From Candidatus Uhrbacteria bacterium (GTDB lineage Bacteria; Patescibacteriota; Patescibacteriia; UBA9934): a stretch of DNA of 64,000 nucleotides. The position numbers and the translations under genes were made by a program. Of this stretch, positions 1 through 9,353 are shown one piece after another; within the stretch, counting starts at the first letter, position 1, and each line of letters starts with the position of its first letter. The stretch lies in assembly GCA_018664485.1 (NCBI GenBank), contig JABJOE010000009.1, positions 76,635 to 140,634 on the forward strand, given 5' to 3'. The notes below the pieces were generated by a model. The model did no database searches. It was given only the letters and a program-made list of their open reading frames with translations, and was not told the DNA's origin.

Positions 1-99
1 TCCATACCCATGGTGGAGCGGTTCGATAGTCATGATCTGCTCATGAGCTATGTCGCCGTCCTGGAACGTCATTTTAGATGGTAGGAGGATGTTCTCCAT
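1..99 (-). CDS. rpoA: RNA polymerase alpha subunit, N-terminal part (runs off window)
   Basis: Hand translation MENILLPSKMTFQDGDIAHEQIMTIEPLHHGYG matches the EPLxxGYG motif; directly downstream of rpsD. Confidence 0.9.
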   Translation of the reverse strand, partial: MENILLPSKMTFQDGDIAHEQIMTIEPLHHGYG

Positions 100-123
100 A
101 AACATTGCTAAAAATAGTTGAAA

Positions 124-765
124 TTATCGAGAGTAAAATTCAACGATCAGCTTCGGGTCGTAAACCTCCTTGAGATCCTCCCCCTCAGGCAAACTGACAA
201 TCTTTCCGCTTCGGTTTGGCCCATCAGTATGTAGCCAACTTGGAACATTGTAACTTTGTAGGCGTTCATCCAAATCAACGAAAACCTTTTTCTCACGCTT
301 ATTATCACGAATCGCGATTACATCATCCACACGAACTTTGTAAGATGCGATGTTTACCTTCTGTCCGTTTACAGAAAATAGTGCGTGGCTAACCATCTGT
401 CGAGCCTGTGGTCGCGTTTTAGCGAAACCAAGTCTGAACACAACATTGTCCAGTCGAGTTTCTAGCAATCGAGCCAGATTCTCAGACGTATTACCCTGCA
501 TTCGTGTAGCCTTTGAGAAATAGTTTCGGAACTGCTTCTCCATAACGCCGTAAAGACGCTTAGCCTTCTGCTTTTCACGCAATTGCGTTCCATATACAGA
601 AACTCGTGCACGTCGTCGTCGTCCCCCACCTGTTCCGCTTGGGGAATTATGAACACCCGGTCCATATGCACGTCGTTGCATGACCTTCATGACTTTGCCA
701 CCTGTTGAGAGGGCAACACCCTCTCGGCGACTCATCTTTCCTAATTTTTTTAATGTCTTTCCCAT
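124..765 (-). CDS. rpsD: 30S ribosomal protein S4
   Basis: QLREKQKAKRLYG, LETRLDNVVFRLGFA, IVEFYSR; start taken at MGKTLKK. Confidence 0.97.
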   Translation of the reverse strand: MGKTLKKLGKMSRREGVALSTGGKVMKVMQRRAYGPGVHNSPSGTGGGRRRRARVSVYGTQLREKQKAKRLYGVMEKQFRNYFSKATRMQGNTSENLARLLETRLDNVVFRLGFAKTRPQARQMVSHALFSVNGQKVNIASYKVRVDDVIAIRDNKREKKVFVDLDERLQSYNVPSWLHTDGPNRSGKIVSLPEGEDLKEVYDPKLIVEFYSR

Positions 766-770
766 ATGAA

Positions 771-1271
771 CTAGACACGACGTGGTCGACGAGCTCGGCA
801 TCCATTATGTGGAACCGGAGTCGTCTCACGCATTGATGTAATATTGAAACCTTGTGCATTTAGTGATCGGACAGCCGCATCTCGTCCATTTCCGATTCCC
901 TTTGTGAATACGCTCAACTCTTTGACACCATACTGCTGAGCCTTAGTAGCGAGCTTTTCAACCACTTTTCCAGCTGCATACGGTGTAGCCTTCTTAGGTC
1001 CACGGAATCCGCAGTTACCAGAGCTAGACCAACAAAGTACGTTTCCATTCACGTCGGTGATAGTAACGATCGTGTTATTCAGAGATGACTGAATATAAGC
1101 AAGACCTTTTGGTACCTGCTTAACGGCACGACGCTTACCTTTTGCAGTTCGAAAATACTTCGACTGCTTTTTCGTTGCAGATTCTTTTGAAGTAGAATCG
1201 TCTGAAGCCTTTACAGCCTCACCCTTCTTCTCTTCTGATTCTGCAGTAGATTGTTTTTTTTCTTCACTCAT
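771..1271 (-). CDS. rpsK: 30S ribosomal protein S11 with charged N-terminal extension
   Basis: NNTIVTITD, GFRGPKKATPYAA, PHNGCR. Confidence 0.97.
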   Translation of the reverse strand: MSEEKKQSTAESEEKKGEAVKASDDSTSKESATKKQSKYFRTAKGKRRAVKQVPKGLAYIQSSLNNTIVTITDVNGNVLCWSSSGNCGFRGPKKATPYAAGKVVEKLATKAQQYGVKELSVFTKGIGNGRDAAVRSLNAQGFNITSMRETTPVPHNGCRARRPRRV

Positions 1272-1274
1272 AGT

Positions 1275-1661
1275 CTAAGTCTTTGTAAGCGTTCGACGTC
1301 CAGAACCGGCCGTATTTCGCTTATTTCCTCTCACTGTTCGTGAGTTTGTCTTAGTTCTCTGACCATGCACAGGCAGATTGCGAGTGTGACGAACTCCACG
1401 GTAACAACCGATATCTTTCAATCGCTTGATGTTTTGAAGAACCTCACGACGTAACTCACCTTCAACTGTATATTCAGCATCGATAAGAGTTCGGATCTTG
1501 TTAATCTGATCGTCAGATAGATCCTTTACTCTGATACTGTGGTCAACCTGCGCAGCTGTCAAAATCTTCTTTGAAGCTGTTAGACCGATACCATAAATAT
1601 ACGTCAATGAGATCACGACGCGTTTATCAGATGGAATATTTACTCCGGAAATTCGTGCCAT
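1275..1661 (-). CDS. rpsM: 30S ribosomal protein S13
   Basis: [28 protein letters not shown]. Confidence 0.98.
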   Translation of the reverse strand: MARISGVNIPSDKRVVISLTYIYGIGLTASKKILTAAQVDHSIRVKDLSDDQINKIRTLIDAEYTVEGELRREVLQNIKRLKDIGCYRGVRHTRNLPVHGQRTKTNSRTVRGNKRNTAGSGRRTLTKT

Positions 1662-1663
1662 AA

Positions 1664-1777
1664 TTATCCTTGACGTTGCTTATGCTTTGGAATTTTACAG
1701 ATTACCCAAACACGACCCTTTCGACGGATCACTCGACAGTCTCGACACATAGGTTTTACTGATGCTCGAACTTTCAT
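1664..1777 (-). CDS. rpmJ: 50S ribosomal protein L36 (not in ORF track)
   Basis: Hand translation [37 protein letters not shown]; located between infA and rpsM. Confidence 0.97.
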   Translation of the reverse strand: MKVRASVKPMCRDCRVIRRKGRVWVICKIPKHKQRQG

Positions 1778-1854
1778 AATTGGGTGTTGAAAATAGTTCT
1801 ATCACAAAGTCATCCTTAAAACTTGGATGACATTGTCAGGCAAGAGATACCGTA

Positions 1855-2070
1855 TCAGAAACGATACGTGATTCTTCCCTTTGTGAGATCATACGGACTG
1901 ATCTCGACTTTGACATCATCGCCTGGCATGACGCGAATACGGAACTTCCGTAGCCGGCCGGCCAATTTAGCGATAACTTCTTGTTCGTTCTCGAGTTTTA
2001 CGCGGAACGTAAGACCAGGCAGAGCCTCCTCTATTGTTCCTCGCATTTCGATGAATTGTTTTTCTGCCAT
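1855..2070 (-). CDS. infA: Translation initiation factor IF-1
   Basis: [39 protein letters not shown]. Confidence 0.97.
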   Translation of the reverse strand: MAEKQFIEMRGTIEEALPGLTFRVKLENEQEVIAKLAGRLRKFRIRVMPGDDVKVEISPYDLTKGRITYRF

Positions 2071-2162
2071 AACTACGAGCGGAATTCTATCAGAATTAGG
2101 CAAAAAGTACAAATGAACGTTGCGGCACGATTGTATTGCATGTTGATAGTTTAGTCAAGAAT

Positions 2163-4022
2163 CTACTGTGGATCACCCAAAATAGCCTTTATTCGGCGTA
2201 CTCCGGCTGACGAAGCCTGCTCCTTTTTTATCTTAAATTGGCCAAGTTCTGAAGTATTTTCAACATGAGGCCCTCCGCAGATCTCTTTTGAGTAATCTCC
2301 CACAAAATACACCTTAACCTTCCCTTCCATCTGTGCATACTTATCCTCAAATAATCCAATAGCTCCACGCTCTTTTGCTTCATCGACACCCAATAGCTCA
2401 AAATGGACCGGATAAGCAGCCTTAATTTGCTCATTTACAAGCCTTTCAACCTCGACCTTTTCCTCATCTGTCATCTTCTCATCATGTGAGAAATCAAAAC
2501 GAAGGCGTTCTTTGGTGATATTCGATCCACGCTGTGCAACATGATCACCTAAAACAGTACGCAGAGCCTGATGCAGCAAATGTGTAGCTGTATGCAAACG
2601 AGTAGATTCAGCAGAATCATCGGCTAAACCACCCTTAAACTTCTGTTGAGCACCTGCACGTGACAGGTCCTTATGCTTCTGAAACTCTTTCTTGAACATT
2701 TCACGATCTACATCTTGCCCCTCTTCCTGCGCAAGTTCTTCGGTTAGCTCAAGCGGAAATCCGTATGTCTGGTACAAATCGAATGCATCTTTTCCAGAAA
2801 TACTTCCACTCTTATCCCAAACCTTCTTAAACTCTCGGAGACCTTTCTCAAGAGTTTTAGCAAATTTTATTTCCTCTTTTTCTATTTCATCCAGGATTTT
2901 TTCGGATAACTCTGGATATGCTTCCTTATATGTTTCAATATAAGTCTTTGCAACGGCACTTAGAAGTGAATCTCTTACCCCAAGCTGACGAGCAAACCGA
3001 ACCGAACGCCTAAGCAATCGTCGAACAAAATAGCCCTGATCCTTATTAGCAGGGAAAACATTATCTCCTATAAGAAAAGTTGCAGCGCGGACATGGTCAA
3101 GAATTACTCGAAAAGCATAAGTATCCTTAATATCATCTCCATAGACCCTACCACTCACCTGCTCGATAACTTTCTTTGCACCATCGAATAGATCTGTCAT
3201 GAACACATCTGGCGCATCAAGCTTTGCTGCCAAAATACGCTCTAATCCACCTCCAAAATCTACATTTTTGTTTGGCAAGGATTCAAAACCGTCATCCGTC
3301 TTCTGATACTCCATGAAAACATTGTTCCCTATCTCAATGAAGCGGCCGCATTCACAAGTAACCTGACAGTGCTCACCCTTCCATTGCGAAGACTCGTGCA
3401 AACCGTGATGCTCACCAAAGTCCCAGAACATCTCTGAATCTGGACCACCCGGCTCACCACTAGGCATATTTTCTGGCATACCAGTGCGAGACCACCAATT
3501 TTCTTTTTCATCATAGTAAAAAATTCGACCTCCCTGCATACCGTTACTCTCCGCATCATCAACAATCTTTGCATCAACACCAACTTCAGTAAATTTATTT
3601 TGCCAATGCCCTGCCGAAACTTCGTCTCGATCAATCTTACTATTACCACTAAATACCGTAACGTATAAACGCGATGCATCAAGTCCAACCTCCTTTATGA
3701 GAAAATCAAACATCCACGGAATCTGTTCATCTTTAAAATAATCTCCCAAAGACCAGTTTCCCAACATTTCAAAAAACGTTGTGTGACGATTGTCCCCCAC
3801 TTCTTCAATATCTTGTGACCGAAAACACTTCTGAGAATCCGTAATTCGATTACCTGACGCATGTTCTTCACCTAGTAAATATGGAACCATGGGCTGCATA
3901 CCAGACCCAGTAAAGAGCGTCGTTGGATCATTCTCTGGAACCAAAGAAGCGGAAGGAATCTCCGAATGCCCCTTCTCTTTGAAGAAGTCTAAATACTTTC
4001 GCCGTAATTCATTTGCTTTCAT
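2163..4022 (-). CDS. alaS: Alanine--tRNA ligase, short form lacking C-Ala domain
   Basis: DPTTLFTGSGMQP, HTTFFEMLGNWS, HTATHLLH, EICGGPHV. Confidence 0.97.
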   Translation of the reverse strand: MKANELRRKYLDFFKEKGHSEIPSASLVPENDPTTLFTGSGMQPMVPYLLGEEHASGNRITDSQKCFRSQDIEEVGDNRHTTFFEMLGNWSLGDYFKDEQIPWMFDFLIKEVGLDASRLYVTVFSGNSKIDRDEVSAGHWQNKFTEVGVDAKIVDDAESNGMQGGRIFYYDEKENWWSRTGMPENMPSGEPGGPDSEMFWDFGEHHGLHESSQWKGEHCQVTCECGRFIEIGNNVFMEYQKTDDGFESLPNKNVDFGGGLERILAAKLDAPDVFMTDLFDGAKKVIEQVSGRVYGDDIKDTYAFRVILDHVRAATFLIGDNVFPANKDQGYFVRRLLRRSVRFARQLGVRDSLLSAVAKTYIETYKEAYPELSEKILDEIEKEEIKFAKTLEKGLREFKKVWDKSGSISGKDAFDLYQTYGFPLELTEELAQEEGQDVDREMFKKEFQKHKDLSRAGAQQKFKGGLADDSAESTRLHTATHLLHQALRTVLGDHVAQRGSNITKERLRFDFSHDEKMTDEEKVEVERLVNEQIKAAYPVHFELLGVDEAKERGAIGLFEDKYAQMEGKVKVYFVGDYSKEICGGPHVENTSELGQFKIKKEQASSAGVRRIKAILGDPQ

Positions 4023-4059
4023 AATAGAGCCATCGTAGCCGATTTACCCTGTATGATCA

Positions 4060-4097
4060 AATAAAAATACAGCCGACAATTAATGATCGGCCGCCAA
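4060..4097 (-). terminator. Putative intrinsic terminator ending the orphan array
   Basis: Minus strand GCGGCCGA-TCATTAATTG-TCGGCTGT followed by ATTTTTATTT. Confidence 0.55.
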
Positions 4098-4146
4098 TTT
4101 ATCTTAATTTTTGAGTTCTCAGAGATCGTCCATGACGAGCTCATTC

Positions 4147-4180
4147 AAACCCCCGAGATCGCTCGGTGGGTTTACAGACC
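4147..4180 (-). repeat. Truncated fifth copy (P1 hairpin only) of the array element
   Basis: Minus strand AAACCCACCGAG-CGAT-CTCGGGGGTTT resembles the CCGAG..CTCGGGGGC hairpin of the full copies. Confidence 0.55.
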
Positions 4181-4237
4181 TATATTAGAAAGCGGGCCTG
4201 CTAATAACGCTTTTTAGAAAGACTCCTAAAACTCAGA

Positions 4238-4669
4238 CTATGCCCAAAGCTTATTCAAGTCATTGCCGCTGATGAACTCAGGCATGTGAACACCTCTTTT
4301 TGTCTGACGAGAAGCCCTTGCCTGTCTACGAATCAACTGGCAAAGCTCCATTGCCCTGGGCACTTCGTTAGCGTCCACGTGTGCCCCTGAACTCATACGG
4401 CATGTAACACCGCCATCACCGTTCTCCATGTACTTCAACACACCTGGATGACGAACCATCTTAACGCCCAGATCCAGAACCTGCTGATAGGTGATGTCTC
4501 CAAAACCCAGCGCATGTGCCGAAACGACTGTCTGCCTACGACTCGTAGGAAGAGCGCCGTGCCCCAGAAGGGCTGTAGGACGAATTACTGTGACCGATGA
4601 ACCGTCTGCGAACCAAAAGGTCCTCATTCCGAGCTCATCCCTCTGATAAAGCGGCTGATTTTCAGCCAT
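4238..4669 (-). CDS. Orphan hypothetical protein (array gene 4, ~143 aa)
   Basis: ORF; ATG (MAENQP) sits right after the conserved GGTTCAGAAG element, as in the sister genes. Confidence 0.65.
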   Translation of the reverse strand: MAENQPLYQRDELGMRTFWFADGSSVTVIRPTALLGHGALPTSRRQTVVSAHALGFGDITYQQVLDLGVKMVRHPGVLKYMENGDGGVTCRMSSGAHVDANEVPRAMELCQLIRRQARASRQTKRGVHMPEFISGNDLNKLWA

Positions 4670-4786
4670 ATCGTCTCTTCTGAACCGTAGTTTTGTCCGG
4701 CTCGCAGCGCATCCCTGGGGAGATCCCAGAGTGTACGCATCTAAGCCCCCGAGTGATCGCACTCGGGAGACGCAGTATCTGTGGAC
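4670..4786 (-). ncRNA. Conserved structured leader element, family A copy 4
   Basis: P1 CCCGAGTG/CACTCGGG, long P2, then GCTGCGAGCCGGACAAAACTACGGTTCAGAAG before ATG; repeated four times. Confidence 0.75.
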
Positions 4787-5161
4787 CTAAAGGCAAACCG
4801 GATAATGAATCACTCCTGATTGATCAGAAGCTACAGACTGCTCAGCGAGCATTCTCTCAACCTGCCTAACCTTGTCCATATCGCGAAGCACTTGTGTTAT
4901 TCCTTTGTCATCAACCCATTCAAACGCCACTCTGTAGCGACCCTTGAAGTGCTGCCGGAATATCTTCACCCCTCGGACTTCACGAGTTCCAGGAAGGAAC
5001 CAAGTCATAAGGAGTGACAAGAGCCACGGCCACTTCACGAAAAAGTTCGTGAGTCTCGTCTGCTCTCCAACAAGCCTTCTTCCACTGGAGAACCAGATTT
5101 CCAGCTCACCCTGTCCGTTCACTGCCGTGTGAACGGGAACCATTTCCTTGATAGATTTCAT
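4787..5161 (-). CDS. Orphan hypothetical protein (array gene 3) with a short hydrophobic stretch
   Basis: 124 aa ORF, AGAGGA before ATG, preceded by the conserved element. Confidence 0.7.
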   Translation of the reverse strand: MKSIKEMVPVHTAVNGQGELEIWFSSGRRLVGEQTRLTNFFVKWPWLLSLLMTWFLPGTREVRGVKIFRQHFKGRYRVAFEWVDDKGITQVLRDMDKVRQVERMLAEQSVASDQSGVIHYPVCL

Positions 5162-5275
5162 TCCTCTTTACTTCTGAACCGTAGTTTTGTCCGGCTCGCA
5201 GCGCCTCTTTGAAACCAATCAAAGAAGAGCGATAGAGCCCCAAAGCGTCACGCGCTTTGGGAAGGTCTGGACCTT
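5162..5275 (-). ncRNA. Conserved structured leader element, family A copy 3
   Basis: P1 CCCAAAGCG/CGCTTTGGG; GGCTC..GAGCC; 3' core identical to copy 4. Confidence 0.75.
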
Positions 5276-5276
5276 T

Positions 5277-5600
5277 TTAGATCCGATCAATTCTTGCCAT
5301 GACACAAATACACCTAATAGTATCACCTAGTTCAAAGATGAAGCGCAGCGTTACCTGTCTAGCAGCTTGAATACAGGTGTAGACCAAAATGTTCATGGCA
5401 CCATCCTCACTGTAATGGCTTCCTGCACGGTACCAAAGTGGACTATCTCTAAGGATTTCGTCCAACTCTGCGAACCAGTCACTATTTCGAGACACCATCA
5501 CTCGATAATGAGACTCGTGAAGAAAGTCTCTCGGAATGAAATTCGGATTAGGCTCGAAGGTTCCATAAGGAACTGGAACTATGACTATAGAGCTACTCAT
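5277..5600 (-). CDS. Orphan hypothetical protein (array gene 2)
   Basis: 107 aa ORF starting right after the conserved element. Confidence 0.65.
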   Translation of the reverse strand: MSSSIVIVPVPYGTFEPNPNFIPRDFLHESHYRVMVSRNSDWFAELDEILRDSPLWYRAGSHYSEDGAMNILVYTCIQAARQVTLRFIFELGDTIRCICVMARIDRI

Positions 5601-5702
5601 GTCTTTTTACAGAACCGTGGTTATTTCCGGCTCGCAGCGCATCCCTGAAACGAATTTTCAGAGCTGTGCAGTTGAGCCACCGAGAGAAAATCTCTCGAGT
5701 GA
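5601..5702 (-). ncRNA. Conserved structured leader element, family A copy 2
   Basis: P1 CGAGAGA/TCTCTCG; GGCTC..GAGCCGGAAATAACCACGGTTC. Confidence 0.75.
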
Positions 5703-5753
5703 CACGAACTTTTGTTTATGCGGTGTTCGTACGTAGAACCGCTAGATATGAAC

Positions 5754-6170
5754 TTATTTTACTGGCGGTCGAAGGAAGCGCTGATCAACCATTTTTTTGT
5801 ACTTTTCAGTTGACAGTTCTTCGTATGTGAGCTGAGTCGGGTAAACAATCCCCTCACAGATACTAGCAGCCTCCTGCTGTCCAGCAATCCGCAACAGGAG
5901 CTCTCTTCGATCGTCTGCGAGTGTGACGTGGTAGCCACCTCTCACGTCCAACCAATAGACAGTGTCACCTTCCTCATCATCAAAGTAAGCCAGAATTCCT
6001 GCAAAGAATCCGTACTCGACGTCATTGAGGACATTGTCAGGATCCTTCACCTTTCCGTACCTGTACTCCGTTCCTTTTGGGGCCCCGCAGCACCTTCCGT
6101 CCAGTGCGAAGATCCATTCTTTTCCGGTGATGATGACCTTGATCAGGTCACTAGATGTGCTATCGGGCAT
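5754..6170 (-). CDS. Orphan hypothetical protein (array gene 1, ~138 aa)
   Basis: Start reassigned to MPDSTS, immediately after GGTTCAGAAGTAAAGAG. Confidence 0.65.
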   Translation of the reverse strand: MPDSTSSDLIKVIITGKEWIFALDGRCCGAPKGTEYRYGKVKDPDNVLNDVEYGFFAGILAYFDDEEGDTVYWLDVRGGYHVTLADDRRELLLRIAGQQEAASICEGIVYPTQLTYEELSTEKYKKMVDQRFLRPPVK

Positions 6171-6268
6171 CTCTTTACTTCTGAACCGTGGTAGAACCGG
6201 CTCGCAACGCATCTCTAGAAAAGAACTTCCTAGCTTATGCGTATTTAGGCCCCCGAGATAACTCGGAT
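6171..6268 (-). ncRNA. Conserved structured leader element, family A copy 1
   Basis: P1 CCGAG/CTCGG; ACGCAT/ATGCGT stem; GCGAGCCGGTTCTACCACGGTTCAGAAG. Confidence 0.75.
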
Positions 6269-6366
6269 GTAAAAAAACTGGCAACCACAACAATTAAGTC
6301 GTAATCCCAGTAATCTGATCGCTGGTTCAGAGATATATTGTCTGACAATTCTTTACCTCTGAGACA

Positions 6367-6395
6367 AGGATAGCATAAAATCGCACTTTTGTCAA
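6367..6395 (-). promoter_or_regulatory. Sigma70-type promoter of the orphan array
   Basis: TTGACA-17 bp-TATCCT with extended TG. Confidence 0.7.
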
Positions 6396-6427
6396 GTACG
6401 ACCGAACAAATAAATCGCTTATCTTAG

Positions 6428-8035
6428 CTAATTTTGTTCCAAAATTGCCTCTTCGGGGTGATTTTTACGCATAATCTTTCGGCGAAGTCCGCTAACTATA
6501 TTGAGTAGCTCCTCGCTTTTGAACAGATAAGCAATTGATACATAAACAAGAAGTCCAGCGCCACCTGCAACCAACAATTGAGCGAAAACGCCAACAAATG
6601 TATCGAGTGTAATCCACTCAACTACAACACCCTTAACAATCTGAGTAACGACCCCACAGCATGCCGCAGCAGCCACAAAGACCAATAGAGACTTTGCAAT
6701 GTGCAACTCGCCCAAGCTCCCCATCTTCACACGTAACCACCCCCATAGGAAGACGAACTGAATGACAACAGCAATCGAATATGCAGCGCCTAATCCGATT
6801 ACACCAAATTCTTGGGTTAATAACACCGCGGCAAATCCATGAAATACAGCCGCGAACGTTCCTATTATAAACGGAGCAACTGTCTGCCCACGTGAAAAGT
6901 ATACTCGCACCAATAAGTAAATTAGCGCCTGGATAGTCAGCGTCATAGCAAAGAGCCCCAATGTGTTCGCGGTAAGAATTGTAGCCTCCCAGTCGAATTG
7001 ACCAGCACCCACCACTAAACGGACAACCTGCGCACGAAGCATGATGAATAGAACTGTTGCAGGAACTAAAAAGAATAACATCTGCCTTGCCGTGGATGAG
7101 ATCGTTTGTACAAACGCTTTCTTCTTTTTATCATTCGCCAACTCGCACAATGTCGGATACGCAGCTATAGCGTACGACACCCCAATGATCCCAACTGCAA
7201 AAAAGTTCAAATTATATGCGAATTGCAAAACCGTTACTGACCCTACAGCTAACGTTGAAGCGATAGCAGTCATCAAAAAGATATTCACCTGCCCCACCGC
7301 AAGACCTAGGGTTCTCGGCATCATATGCTTAAGCGTATAGATAACGTCTTTGTCTTTGAGAACTAAACTAAATTTAAAACGATGACCAAGCGCCCTCGCC
7401 CCCATCCATTGCGTAAACATATGCAATGCGGCTCCGATAACAACACCCCAAGCCAGACCTATCGGCCACTCTTCCGTTGCAATCCATACAGCTCCAACGA
7501 TAATACCTACATTGTAAAAAATTGGAGCCAGCGAGTATATAAAGAACCGCTTAGCACCCTGTAGCACCGATCCGTAGATCATAGACACGGACAAAAGGAA
7601 CTGAGCTAAGAACATCACACGGGACATGTCAGCGACCATATCAAGCTTAGCCTGCGAGAATCCAGGGGCAACCATGGCGGCTAATGGATCGGCCGCAACC
7701 ATCATTATAAGCGTCACTACACCAAAACCGATAGCAACCAGTGTAAGCATGGTGTTTGTAAATTTCCACGCCTTCTTTATTCGTTTTTTGTGATAGTACT
7801 TTGTAAAAATCGGAATGAAACTAGCAGAAAGTGCTCCCACGACAATCATCTGAAACATCAAATCAGGAATCCGAAATGCTGCAAAATACACATCTAAGAC
7901 ATCAGAAGCTCCAAACAGTCCAGCCAAGATTCTATCGCGAACGAATCCTACAAGACGAGACAGAATCGAAAACAGTGCAACAATTGCTGCTGCACTTGTA
8001 ATCGTATTAGATTTTCCTGAGAGCCATGAAAACAT
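6428..8035 (-). CDS. murJ: Lipid II flippase MurJ (MviN)
   Basis: LSRLVGFVRDRILAGLFGA, AAFRIPD, GALSASFIPIF; many TM helices. Confidence 0.95.
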   Translation of the reverse strand: MFSWLSGKSNTITSAAAIVALFSILSRLVGFVRDRILAGLFGASDVLDVYFAAFRIPDLMFQMIVVGALSASFIPIFTKYYHKKRIKKAWKFTNTMLTLVAIGFGVVTLIMMVAADPLAAMVAPGFSQAKLDMVADMSRVMFLAQFLLSVSMIYGSVLQGAKRFFIYSLAPIFYNVGIIVGAVWIATEEWPIGLAWGVVIGAALHMFTQWMGARALGHRFKFSLVLKDKDVIYTLKHMMPRTLGLAVGQVNIFLMTAIASTLAVGSVTVLQFAYNLNFFAVGIIGVSYAIAAYPTLCELANDKKKKAFVQTISSTARQMLFFLVPATVLFIMLRAQVVRLVVGAGQFDWEATILTANTLGLFAMTLTIQALIYLLVRVYFSRGQTVAPFIIGTFAAVFHGFAAVLLTQEFGVIGLGAAYSIAVVIQFVFLWGWLRVKMGSLGELHIAKSLLVFVAAAACCGVVTQIVKGVVVEWITLDTFVGVFAQLLVAGGAGLLVYVSIAYLFKSEELLNIVSGLRRKIMRKNHPEEAILEQN

Positions 8036-8036
8036 C

Positions 8037-9341
8037 CTATTTCTTCTTCGGCGTCTTCTTTGTGACTCGCTTTTTAACCGGCGTTTTTTTCTTCGTAACT
8101 ACTTTTTTCTTTACAGTTCGTTTTTTTACCACTCGCTTTTTAGGAGCAGATACCTCAGCTGGTTTAACTACATTGGTCTGCACACTCTCAGCGGCACGAT
8201 GAGCTTTACGCAATGCTACGCTCGACAGAATGAGCAGGATCAACAGAATTCCAATCAGCATCTGAATCATCGGGTTTGCAAGATGGAACAACGATATTGT
8301 AATCACCTGTGAATCAACTGTCGTCACTCCCTGTGCATCCGAAACGGTAAGCGACACAGTGTAGCGCCCTGCATTTAAAAACGTGTGTGAGATGGTTCTC
8401 TGAACAGAAGAAGTTCCGTCACCGAAATCCCATTTCAACGAATCGTATGATCCTTCAGGTGTAAGCGCTTCGAATTCATACGTCTTCCAATCACGGCGTA
8501 CATATACGAAAGAAGAATCTGGAGAAACATTCAAGACCGCACCCGAAGACCGCTCTAACAAAGTCGTATCAACTGATGTCGTCTCTTCAACTACTTCCAA
8601 CTCTTCAACAGCGTCCACAGATTCGTCGCTCACCTCAACCTCCTCCACTTCAACCACAACCTCCTCAGCAGCTTCTTCGACTGCTATTTCTTCAACTTCT
8701 TCAGCTACTTCTAACTCGCTTCGTGATGCATCCGTTGGATAAGCGTCACTTGCGTCAGGCACTCCATCACCATCTGAGTCTTTATCAAGTGGATCGGTAC
8801 CCAGCTCATCCTCGACATCATCATCAATACCATCGTTATCATCGTCATCGTCACAGACATCACCCTCACCGTCACCATCTGAATCAGTCTGATTTGCGTT
8901 TGAGACAGTTGGACAATTGTCGTCATCGTCATCCACACCATCGCCGTCCTGATCAAAGATCGGAGTATATAGTGGCGTAAGATATGAGTTGTTTGATGTA
9001 TCACTGTCTTCTGGAGTCGTGCTGTCAATCTGAATGAAAATATTGAAAGAATCAGATGGCACCGTGAAGTCAGCCCAGACCTCTTCATCATTTCCACCAG
9101 ACACAACCGTTACAACCTGGCTTCTGCCGAGTAAATCATCCGCGTGATAAAAAGCTACGTAGCCAGTCGTATCTTCATCTCCCGAATTTCTGATTGTTGC
9201 ATATACACGCACCTCATCGCCAACTGTAAACGTTTCTGTCGAAAAGCGAGTATGAGTTGATCGTAATTCAAGATCCGACGTGGCAAACGTGGCCATCGGG
9301 AACAAGAGTATTGCAAGACTTATAAAAAGTAATCGTTTCAT
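8037..9341 (-). CDS. Surface protein: signal peptide, CARDB/Ig-like region, thrombospondin type-3 Ca-binding repeats, PKD domain, TM helix, Lys-rich tail
   Basis: DQDGDGVDDDDDNCP..NANQTDSDGDG repeats; WDFGDG PKD motif; KKRVVKKRTVKKK tail. Confidence 0.85.
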   Translation of the reverse strand: MKRLLFISLAILLFPMATFATSDLELRSTHTRFSTETFTVGDEVRVYATIRNSGDEDTTGYVAFYHADDLLGRSQVVTVVSGGNDEEVWADFTVPSDSFNIFIQIDSTTPEDSDTSNNSYLTPLYTPIFDQDGDGVDDDDDNCPTVSNANQTDSDGDGEGDVCDDDDDNDGIDDDVEDELGTDPLDKDSDGDGVPDASDAYPTDASRSELEVAEEVEEIAVEEAAEEVVVEVEEVEVSDESVDAVEELEVVEETTSVDTTLLERSSGAVLNVSPDSSFVYVRRDWKTYEFEALTPEGSYDSLKWDFGDGTSSVQRTISHTFLNAGRYTVSLTVSDAQGVTTVDSQVITISLFHLANPMIQMLIGILLILLILSSVALRKAHRAAESVQTNVVKPAEVSAPKKRVVKKRTVKKKVVTKKKTPVKKRVTKKTPKKK

Positions 9342-9353
9342 AGCAAAATTATA

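Noticed and set aside
4670-6268. CRISPR array or classical integron (attC) reading of the repeated element
   Set aside because: The spacers are whole genes and the repeats vary. No cas or intI gene is in the window, there are no RYYYAAC/GTTRRRY boxes, and G-U pairing points to RNA.
8576-9106. His/Gln-rich and Met-rich alternative ORFs
   Set aside because: Shadow frames of the Asp/Glu-rich TSP3 repeat region of 8037-9341.
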